From an uncultured Saprospiraceae bacterium (lineage in GTDB: Bacteria; Bacteroidota; Bacteroidia; Chitinophagales; Saprospiraceae), in assembly GCA_938022165.1 (NCBI GenBank), contig CALIEI010000053.1, positions 2,111 through 66,110 on the forward strand: a stretch of 64,000 nt of DNA, read 5' to 3'. Below, in pieces: positions 38,180 to 46,352 of this stretch. Numbering within the stretch: position 1 is the first letter of the stretch; the number at the start of each line of letters is the position of its first letter. The translations under genes were made by a program, and so were the position numbers. The notes beneath the pieces were generated by a model, which ran no database searches, had not been told where the DNA came from, and was given only the letters and a program-made list of their open reading frames with translations.

Positions 38180-38995
38180 ATGAAAAAGATATTAATTGCA
38201 CTAATCGCGTTGCTTAGTATAGGATTCATAAAGAATTCTGAAGCCTCTACTGGATTCCTCTTATTGAAGGAGACTGCTTCCTTTTTAACTATAAATAAAG
38301 TACTACACAAGGTCATTAATGAACCAAGCTGTGGTATCAAAGGATGCGAATATCCTGGCGACCATGATGAAAAGCATGAGAACCAAAGAAATCCTCGTCC
38401 ATTTTTATGGGATTCTGCTACGGAAAGATATCGCGAGGCTACAAAAGCTGAAACTGCTGCTATAAATAGATCTACAGAAGTAGACTTTCCCGGAAGAGAC
38501 GAGGAAGAGGATGAAGAAAAAGAAAAGCAAGAGGAAGAGGAAGAGGATGAAGAAAAAGAAGAGCCAGCGGAAGATGATGAAATCGATGATTTCTTTAAGG
38601 ATACCTTCGGTGATGGAGATGATGAGGAAGAGGAAGAAGAAGAAGAAGAAATTGAGGAGGACTTTGATGACGAAGAAATTGAAATAGAAGAGGAAGTTGA
38701 TTATGATGATGAAGAGATCAATGAAGAAGAGGATGACTTCTTTGAAGATGAAGATGAAAACTTCGAAGAAGAGGATGAAGAAGGTCCAGCACCTTCAGAT
38801 TCAGAAAAAGAAGACGGCAGTACCAATAATGATGAGGATCTAGAAGACTTGGATATAACAGACTGGGGAATCAAGCTTAAGGAACGACTGGAAGAAAAAT
38901 TAGATAAAGAAATCGAAAAAGTCGATCGTAAGATTGATAAGGAGATCGAAAAGCTTCGAAAGAAAAAAAAGAAGAGTGGCGATGGTGATAATTAA
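38180..38995 (+). CDS. secreted hyper-acidic (poly-Glu/Asp) protein with a Lys-rich tail
   Basis: Signal MKKILIALIALLSIGFIKNSEA. Roughly aa 105-225 are almost entirely E/D. The C-terminus has KEIEK repeats and KKKKK. Confidence 0.7.
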   Translation: MKKILIALIALLSIGFIKNSEASTGFLLLKETASFLTINKVLHKVINEPSCGIKGCEYPGDHDEKHENQRNPRPFLWDSATERYREATKAETAAINRSTEVDFPGRDEEEDEEKEKQEEEEEDEEKEEPAEDDEIDDFFKDTFGDGDDEEEEEEEEEIEEDFDDEEIEIEEEVDYDDEEINEEEDDFFEDEDENFEEEDEEGPAPSDSEKEDGSTNNDEDLEDLDITDWGIKLKERLEEKLDKEIEKVDRKIDKEIEKLRKKKKKSGDGDN

Positions 38996-39021
38996 ACCAT
39001 CGTATTTAAAGAATAAATATC

Positions 39022-39059
39022 AAAAAAGTCATCTAGCAATACTAGATGACTTTTTTTTT
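39022..39059 (+). terminator. intrinsic terminator
   Basis: GTCATCTAG-CAATA-CTAGATGAC followed by T9, with an A6 run upstream. Confidence 0.8.
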
Positions 39060-39184
39060 GAAAGAAGTTGTCACCTATAATCAAGACACATTTGATGCAT
39101 TGAGGCTACAAATATATAGTGTTTATCATCGTTAGTAGAATACAAAATCGCAAGTTAAAATTTATCAGATTGAGTTATTAATCA

Positions 39185-41050
39185 TTAAAGTGACAAATCG
39201 ACAACAACATTGTTACCATGAGAAGTATTTTCGTCTATAAAAATCTCACCTTTTAAAGTTTTTATGCGTGCTAACAGATTTTTAGTAGCTAAAATAGGAT
39301 GTTGTCCATCATTTTCAATTATTAAATTTAAACTTTCTTTATGCTCAGTTATTTGAAGGGTGATATACGTAGCTATGGAAAGATTTATAGAAATGCTTAA
39401 TAATTCTTCTATTATGCGATAAATATATATTTTATTGAAAATCGAATAATTGTGTTGCAATTTATTATATCCTAGATCAATATTCAATAAATATTTTTGT
39501 TCTAGATTACTAATTAAATCCTTAATCGCTTGAATTATGCCAATTGAAATAAGCACTTTTGGCATAAGTGAATTCGAAATGCTACGTGTTGATTTTTGAG
39601 ATTTTTCAACAAGAGAAATTATTTCTTGTTTATTCGACAACTCCATTTGACTTAAATATAATTTTGAAATAGACAATAAACTTCCCAAATTATCATGTAG
39701 GTCGGATGCTATTCTTTGGCGTTCTAACTCTTGGCCTTCAATTAGTTTATTTGCAATTTTTATTTGATTTTTTTTACTTAAAATTATCAACCGGCCTTTC
39801 TCTTCTCTATCCTTCTTATACTTTTGAAAAACTATAAAAGACAGTACACTCATTTCGAATATAAACACAGGGAAAAATGAGTACTTTAAAAGACTCCAGT
39901 AAAGGATAACTCCACTCGATTGAAGAAAAACAAATGAAATGAATATTAAATATAGTATTATTACTACAACAAAGGATGCCTTTTCGAGAGTTCGACTTTT
40001 TAAATACTCCTTTAGACTTAAAATTAAAATCAAAATATATACAGAAACTACCGTACTTTGTAAAAAACAGATTAGAGTAAAAGAAATAATTTTATACGGA
40101 TAGAAAGTGTCTTTCAGAAACAATAAAATTGGAATCCCAAAAACAATTTGCAGCAAAATGAAAAAGAGTATCTTATAAATCAAAAAATAGATCTTTGGGT
40201 AATTTCTTTTTGCTTGAAAAAAAGTCAAACTAAAAATTGAAAATAATAGCAATTGAGAAATAGGAATCCCTATATTAACAATCCTAATTACCAACTTACT
40301 AGATTCTCCCCATAAATATTGATAGCCAAGACCTTCGCCTATCAAGCAATAAATAAACATTGTTAGAATTAGCAATAAATAATAAGCCAATAATTTAGTT
40401 CGAAAAAATAAGAAAACAATAAATCCCATTATTAGATAAAAAAGGCAGCTACCTATTAATATCCCTATTTTATACTTTTCTACTGAAGAATTTTCAACAA
40501 AATTCTCAGTACTTTGTAGTGTAAGATTTGTATAAATAATTGTACTTCCACGATATAAATTCAAGTAGCAATTTAAGGTATCATTCGCCGACATTTCAAT
40601 AGGTAAAAGGTAATTAAGATCTTTAACGGGCCTATCACTAAAATTTAAATCATCTCCAGTTAATATCTCATCAACCTTTCCATTACGGTTAAATGTAAAC
40701 CAGTTAACCCTACTTAAGCCGTAGTTATCGATATTTAAAAAGAATTGAATGCTATTGCTATCCGTATTAACTAATTTGAAATTAATCCAAGGACAAGATC
40801 TAAAATGATCAAACAGGAAGAAATCATAATTTTTATTATTCGTTAAAGAGAAATCAAGATTTTCATTATCAATAATTTTCTCAATAGACAATTCACAAGT
40901 AGAATCTTCAAATACCAATACTGTTGAACTGATGTTTACATTATCAAGTTCACTATTAACATATACTGTGTTAGCACTCGCCTTCGACAAGAAAACAAAT
41001 GGAATCAAAAAAAGAATAATTAGTACGGAATTCTTAATTCTAAACTTCAT
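39185..41050 (-). CDS. 7TM-DISM sensor, HisKA_3-type kinase paralog with an intact H-box and a degenerate ATP-binding domain
   Basis: Signal peptide plus a ~170-aa extracytoplasmic domain (7TMR-DISMED2-like) and about 7 hydrophobic helices. H-box ELERQRIASDLHDNLGS. The expected N-box reads EELLSISINLS (no N, no KH), G1 reads ENDGQHP, and there is no G2. Confidence 0.75.
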   Translation of the reverse strand: MKFRIKNSVLIILFLIPFVFLSKASANTVYVNSELDNVNISSTVLVFEDSTCELSIEKIIDNENLDFSLTNNKNYDFFLFDHFRSCPWINFKLVNTDSNSIQFFLNIDNYGLSRVNWFTFNRNGKVDEILTGDDLNFSDRPVKDLNYLLPIEMSANDTLNCYLNLYRGSTIIYTNLTLQSTENFVENSSVEKYKIGILIGSCLFYLIMGFIVFLFFRTKLLAYYLLLILTMFIYCLIGEGLGYQYLWGESSKLVIRIVNIGIPISQLLLFSIFSLTFFQAKRNYPKIYFLIYKILFFILLQIVFGIPILLFLKDTFYPYKIISFTLICFLQSTVVSVYILILILSLKEYLKSRTLEKASFVVVIILYLIFISFVFLQSSGVILYWSLLKYSFFPVFIFEMSVLSFIVFQKYKKDREEKGRLIILSKKNQIKIANKLIEGQELERQRIASDLHDNLGSLLSISKLYLSQMELSNKQEIISLVEKSQKSTRSISNSLMPKVLISIGIIQAIKDLISNLEQKYLLNIDLGYNKLQHNYSIFNKIYIYRIIEELLSISINLSIATYITLQITEHKESLNLIIENDGQHPILATKNLLARIKTLKGEIFIDENTSHGNNVVVDLSL

Positions 41051-42800
41051 CAGCTAAGGGAATATTGATTCTAATTTTTAAACCTGGTTCTTTTCTTCTT
41101 ATAATATTTATTTCACCTTTTAAATTTTCAGTCCTTACACTAAGTGTACTAAATCTTTGTTGCATATTCGAAATGCCAATACCATTATCTTCATAGAATA
41201 TCAGAAATTCATCACTAAGTTCTATTATTTCAATTTTAATTCCTGTTGCAAATGCGTGCTTTACGGCATTATTTAAAAGTTCTTGAATAATGCGATAAAT
41301 ATTTATCTTTTGAAAATCCGAAAATCGATGCTCAATATTATTTGAACTAAAAAGAATATCAAACTCAGATACTTCTTCAATTTGAACACAAAGATTTTCA
41401 ATATTTTTGATTAGATTTTTACTAAACAATATTTCCGGATTTAAATCCTTGGCAATTCTAATGACTTCATGTTTTGATCGTTTAAAATGGTTCAAAATTT
41501 TTTGGCCTAAGATAGAAGGTTTTTCTAGTTTGTATTTTTCTCGAAATAGAATACTCAATTCATTCAACAAGGGGTTTAGCTCATGCTTCATGTTCTCTGA
41601 TATTAGCGCTCGTTCTTGTTTTTGCCCTTTCAACAAAGTATTAGAAACTTCAAGTTCTTGTTGAGAATTTAGTAAACTGAGTTGTATTCTTTCTTTATTA
41701 GATGTCTGATAATTCTTAAGTATAATAATAGCCACTGTTAGAATCTCCATAATAAATATAGTCATTAGAACACCAGACTTAAAAAATATATTCTCAAATA
41801 GCCGAAAATAAATTACAGTATATAAACTTGTTATAAGTAATATATGAACTACATTAATCAGACATATTTCAATAAATTCAATTTTCTTTTGAGTCAATAT
41901 CTCTTTTGTTATTGAGGCTAAAAGTAAACCTATAGACAAGAAAATTAATATCAGATTTAAAAAAGGAATTAAAAAATAGAAGGTCTGAGCAAACTGTGAA
42001 TTTAATTCAAAAAAATAAGCTACTGAAGTGATAGGAATTATAATTAAGCTGATTTTTTTTATCCATTTGTAAATAGAAATTGGTATTTTATTTTCGGAAA
42101 AATGATTTAAAAATTCTTCACCAATAAGTATTAAAACTATTGTTGCAAAGAATGGTAGTATAAATTGTATAGTTGAATATATATTTGGATTGCCAAAAGG
42201 CAAATTAACCTGGTAAATGAATCCTTCCTTAAACAAAAAGAAAAGAAAGACTAAAGAAAAATAGATAAAATAATATAGAAGCCTTTTGGTATAAAGTATA
42301 AATGCAGCTACTAATAAAATAGATAAAAAGGTTAAACCTAAACCGATAAAGATACCATAGGTAATACTTCTATGTCCATTACTTTCTATAAAAGTAATTT
42401 TATCCCATAACTGAATTTGGGCATTCAGACTTTGATACTTTTTTTTAACTTTCAAATAACAAACAACTTCTTCATTTTCAGTCATTGTAATTGGATAAAG
42501 TGCATATCTGTGTTGAATAGGTTTTTGATCCAATGAGAAATCATGTTTTATAGTAGTTTTAATATCAGTTTTATCATTTCGTAGAATAAATAGTTCACAA
42601 TTTTGCAAATCAAGATCAGTTACTTCTAAAATCAAATTCTTTGTTCGATCACTACTGTTTATCAAAGAAAACTCGTACCACCAAACTGTTGGTGACGAAT
42701 TTCTGTAACTAAGAAGGTTATTAAATTTCGAAAAATTTAGATTTTGCCTATTGCTCAAAATAAAGCCTAAACTCTGCTCAATAGTAGTGTCTTTATACAC
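41040..42800 (-). CDS. 7TM-DISM sensor, HisKA_3-type kinase paralog with intact N/G1 boxes and an atypical H-box
   Basis: Same architecture as its neighbour. N-box QELLNNAVKHA and G1 EDNGIGIS are present. The H-box region reads KQERALISENMKHELNP. GTG start at 42800, but the frame is open upstream to 42962. It overlaps the downstream paralog by 11 nt. Confidence 0.7.
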   Translation of the reverse strand: MYKDTTIEQSLGFILSNRQNLNFSKFNNLLSYRNSSPTVWWYEFSLINSSDRTKNLILEVTDLDLQNCELFILRNDKTDIKTTIKHDFSLDQKPIQHRYALYPITMTENEEVVCYLKVKKKYQSLNAQIQLWDKITFIESNGHRSITYGIFIGLGLTFLSILLVAAFILYTKRLLYYFIYFSLVFLFFLFKEGFIYQVNLPFGNPNIYSTIQFILPFFATIVLILIGEEFLNHFSENKIPISIYKWIKKISLIIIPITSVAYFFELNSQFAQTFYFLIPFLNLILIFLSIGLLLASITKEILTQKKIEFIEICLINVVHILLITSLYTVIYFRLFENIFFKSGVLMTIFIMEILTVAIIILKNYQTSNKERIQLSLLNSQQELEVSNTLLKGQKQERALISENMKHELNPLLNELSILFREKYKLEKPSILGQKILNHFKRSKHEVIRIAKDLNPEILFSKNLIKNIENLCVQIEEVSEFDILFSSNNIEHRFSDFQKINIYRIIQELLNNAVKHAFATGIKIEIIELSDEFLIFYEDNGIGISNMQQRFSTLSVRTENLKGEINIIRRKEPGLKIRINIPLADEV

Positions 42801-43378
42801 TTGTACTGAATTTAAAATGCTGCGATAATCGAACGTATCTTTTATAATGAAAGTAGTTGGTTCAATTTCACTATGAAGTACTTGAATAAATTGGAAGAAG
42901 AAGAATGCGAAGGTGCAATATTTTCGTATCAGAGTAATTGCTTTTAGACTACAAAAAATAGATTACAATATGGCAAATTACTCTTTTGTCACAAAGATTT
43001 TTATATTATTTCTAATAGTATCGTCGTCTATTCTATTAATGCTGAAAACTTAGATAGATGTTTTCCAACATTAAGATACAAGAATCCAATTGTCACATTT
43101 TTCAATATTGTTATATTTTTTTAATGGTTATTTCGAGTTAAGATTTTGAAAGAGATACATAAATGAATTAAAAATAAAATTTGTTCAGAACTGTATCTAT
43201 CAATCAGTTTGAAATACATGAGATAATCGAATTACTTGTAATTATATCGACTAGAGATCTTAATACGCATTATAGAAATTGTAAAATTTAGAAGAAAAAT
43301 TATATAAATTTCACTTTCAATTCTTTTGATAACAAGATATTTTCAACTTAATTGTGTTTCCAATAACCTAATAAGCAA

Positions 43379-44032
43379 ATGACTCAAAACACAATAAAAA
43401 TTGTCGTTGTTGACGACCATCCTGTTGTAATAGATGGACTGAAGCTAACCTTGAAAGACATTCAGAATTTAAGCATAATTGGAGAAGCGTATACTGAAAA
43501 CCAAATTTATACAGTCATCAAAAACTGCAAACCCGATATATTAATTTTAGACCTTAATCTTAACGGAACTAATTCCCTAACTTTTCTAGATAAAATATAT
43601 AGTATTCAGTCAGATATTAAAACTATTATTTTCTCTTCTTATAATACTCCAAGCTTAATACGTTCCATGTCACAATCCAAAGTGAATTGCTTCATTCCAA
43701 AAGATGCTTCAAAGTTCGAGCTAGTAGATGCAATTTATAAAGTACATAATGGAGAAAAATATATTTTTAATAAGACTGGGATGTGTACTGATCAAACTGA
43801 TATTGACAATAACGATTTCATAGATTCTTTTCTAAAAATGAACAATCTTACTCAACGAGAATTAGAAGTAATTCGATTGATTGTTAAGGGTTTTACTAGT
43901 GATGACATCTCTAAGAAACTGTTTATCAGTAAGCATACTGTACAGTCGCACAGAAAAAATATTTTGCGAAAACTTGAACTTCATGACAGGTCAGATATTG
44001 TGAAATTTGCATATGAAAATAAATTGATGTAA
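43379..44032 (+). CDS. NarL/LuxR-family response regulator
   Basis: REC domain (IVVVDDHPVV, DILILDLNLNG, IIFSSY, IPKD). LuxR HTH LTQRELEVIRLIVKGFTSDDISKKLFISKHTVQSHRKNILRKL. Confidence 0.9.
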   Translation: MTQNTIKIVVVDDHPVVIDGLKLTLKDIQNLSIIGEAYTENQIYTVIKNCKPDILILDLNLNGTNSLTFLDKIYSIQSDIKTIIFSSYNTPSLIRSMSQSKVNCFIPKDASKFELVDAIYKVHNGEKYIFNKTGMCTDQTDIDNNDFIDSFLKMNNLTQRELEVIRLIVKGFTSDDISKKLFISKHTVQSHRKNILRKLELHDRSDIVKFAYENKLM

Positions 44033-44423
44033 GTCTACATTGACTTTATGTTCTTGCCTAAGCCCTAAATGCTTTTAAATTAAATATGATCTGCAATTTT
44101 TGATTTCTTAGCATTAAGCTATAATTTAGAAAATATCCTAGTTTTTCTTCTTAAGGATCAAACACCTCCAAATAACTTCTAACAAATACTCAAGCAAGGA
44201 TCTTGTTGTAAAATCCCCTCACGAGGGGATTTCATGCAATCCTAGATTTCTATATTTTTGGTAACTATATAGATTAGCAGTTTGCTAAAATAATGGAAAA
44301 TATCAGTCAAGTTAACTTGCAAAGTTGTAAGTGAATTGAACTTTGAAGATCATCTATTTTGAAAATTGCCAATTAAATACTCCTACTCTCCGATTTCAGT
44401 AATTGTTATTTAAATTTTTCGTG

Positions 44424-44735
44424 ATGAAAAAAATTCTGCTATTGGTTATGTTTTGTGTTAGTTCTTTTTTTGCTAATTCACAAACTTTTGGAGTACAGTA
44501 TACTAAAGAACCAGGATTGTTTTTACTTTACAATCATACAAATCACATATATGTAGTAGACCTTCAAAAATCATGGACTGACTGTAAGGGTATAGTGAGA
44601 ATTACAAATTTTACTAGAATCATTAGACCAGGATATGAAGGCACTTTGGGGGTTAAAAATGGTCTATGTTGGGATGGGAATAATTCATCAAAAACGAACT
44701 TTACAATTGTTTCACATTATAAAATTGAGAGTTAA
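44424..44735 (+). CDS. small secreted hypothetical protein
   Basis: The ATG at 44424 gives the signal MKKILLLVMFCVSSFFANSQ. Two Cys in the mature part. No recognisable domain. Confidence 0.5.
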   Translation: MKKILLLVMFCVSSFFANSQTFGVQYTKEPGLFLLYNHTNHIYVVDLQKSWTDCKGIVRITNFTRIIRPGYEGTLGVKNGLCWDGNNSSKTNFTIVSHYKIES

Positions 44736-44768
44736 AATAAAAATCTACTTTAATAAGAAATTTTTGAT

Positions 44769-45404
44769 TTAACCCCTTGAATTCCTCACATCCGAAAACA
44801 ATTCTCGCCAAAAAGATTTCCACTGCGGAAAATCATCAAAAAATTTAAGCTTATTTTGCTTACTTGGATCAAATGGTAGTATAACCACTTCGATATGCGA
44901 AGCCGCAGACTTCGCCAAGAGGAAAAGCTCAGCCATTTTCTCATCCGTAATAGGTATACATCCAACTGTCTGACATCCGCCATGAATATAAATATCACTG
45001 CCAGGCGAATTAGGATCAGCAATAAGCATATCTCTCTCATTCGGATAATCAAGCCCTAAAGAAAGATAAAACTTACTCTTGGGATTAAATACAGCTACCT
45101 TATAAATACCTTCAGGTATTTGCCTATCCCCTTCTTTTAATTTTGGGCCTAAGTGACCAGAAAATTTACAAAAAGGATAAGTCCGTACACGCTTCCAATC
45201 TGATGAATCTCTTTTTAGGTATATATGGAGGAGCTGCTCTGCTTTGAAAGCTTCCATTCTTAAACTATAGCCTGATCTTGGAAGATCTAAGCTATCCAAC
45301 AATTCATCTATGATAACTTGCTTACCGTAAAAATTCTTTTCTCCTTCACTTGACATACAAGCACAAAGTAAAATGAAAAATAAATATGGAAGATATTTTA
45401 ACAA
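44769..45404 (-). CDS. L,D-transpeptidase catalytic-domain family protein (YafK-like)
   Basis: Lipoprotein-like signal (FFILLCACMS). LGPKLKEGDRQIPEGIYKV and the catalytic motif IYIHGGCQTVGCIPI. Confidence 0.8.
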   Translation of the reverse strand: MLKYLPYLFFILLCACMSSEGEKNFYGKQVIIDELLDSLDLPRSGYSLRMEAFKAEQLLHIYLKRDSSDWKRVRTYPFCKFSGHLGPKLKEGDRQIPEGIYKVAVFNPKSKFYLSLGLDYPNERDMLIADPNSPGSDIYIHGGCQTVGCIPITDEKMAELFLLAKSAASHIEVVILPFDPSKQNKLKFFDDFPQWKSFWRELFSDVRNSRG

Positions 45405-45443
45405 GCGAATAATTTAAGTTGATTAAATTTTTACTTTTGACAC

Positions 45444-46349
45444 ATGTCTATTAATAAAGGTATAATATTTTTTATGATCATAGCCTGCTATGGTTGTGGT
45501 CTAAGTAAAAAAATAACTATGGATACAGAAAGAAAGGTTGCTTTTCAAGGTCATCGAGGGTGTAGAGGATTATTACCCGAGAATACGATTCCCGCCTTCA
45601 TAAAAGCTTTAGAATATGTTGACATTTTAGAGTGCGATGTTGTCGTTTCAAAAGACAATAAGGTGATTGTTTCTCACGACCCTTGGGTAGAGGCGAGTAT
45701 CTGTAGTCATCCAGATGGTCGACCTGTAACAGAAAAAGAGGAGAAGGAAATAAGGATATTGAATTTGACCTATGAAGAACTGAAAGCCTTTGATTGTGGC
45801 TCGCGAGGGCACGCAAAATATCAAGAGCAAAAGGCGATGTCTGCTTACAAGCCATCTTTGATAGATATGGTAACAGAGGTAGACAAACATTGCAAAGAAA
45901 ACAATATACCGCTACCCTATTATGATATTGAAATCAAAAGTGTAGAAAAATGGTATGGTGAATTTACACCTGCACCTGCGGAATATGTTACTTTGGTTTT
46001 GAATGAATTGGCAGAGCTAGGCATCGAAGAGCGTTGCAATTTGCAATCCTTCGACATCAACATACTTGAAGAAGTGCATAAGCAAAATCCAAAAATAGTA
46101 CAGGCCTATCTGATTGAAAATATCTCGGGATTCGATAAAAACATGGACAAGCTTTCTTTTGTTCCCCAGATTTATAGTCCCTACTATAAGTTTGTCACTC
46201 GAAAACTAGCAGATAAGGTTCATAAAAAAGGAATGCGGCTTATACCTTGGACGGTAAATGAAGTAGAGGACATGAAAAAAATGATAGATGCAGGTGTAGA
46301 TGGGATCATAACAGACTATCCAAATCGAATCGGTCATTTTCAAAAATAG
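45444..46349 (+). CDS. glycerophosphodiester phosphodiesterase family protein
   Basis: GDPD motifs FQGHRGCRGLLPENT, ECDVVVSKDNKVIVSHD and C-terminal GVDGIITDYP. Confidence 0.85.
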   Translation: MSINKGIIFFMIIACYGCGLSKKITMDTERKVAFQGHRGCRGLLPENTIPAFIKALEYVDILECDVVVSKDNKVIVSHDPWVEASICSHPDGRPVTEKEEKEIRILNLTYEELKAFDCGSRGHAKYQEQKAMSAYKPSLIDMVTEVDKHCKENNIPLPYYDIEIKSVEKWYGEFTPAPAEYVTLVLNELAELGIEERCNLQSFDINILEEVHKQNPKIVQAYLIENISGFDKNMDKLSFVPQIYSPYYKFVTRKLADKVHKKGMRLIPWTVNEVEDMKKMIDAGVDGIITDYPNRIGHFQK

Positions 46350-46352
46350 AGA

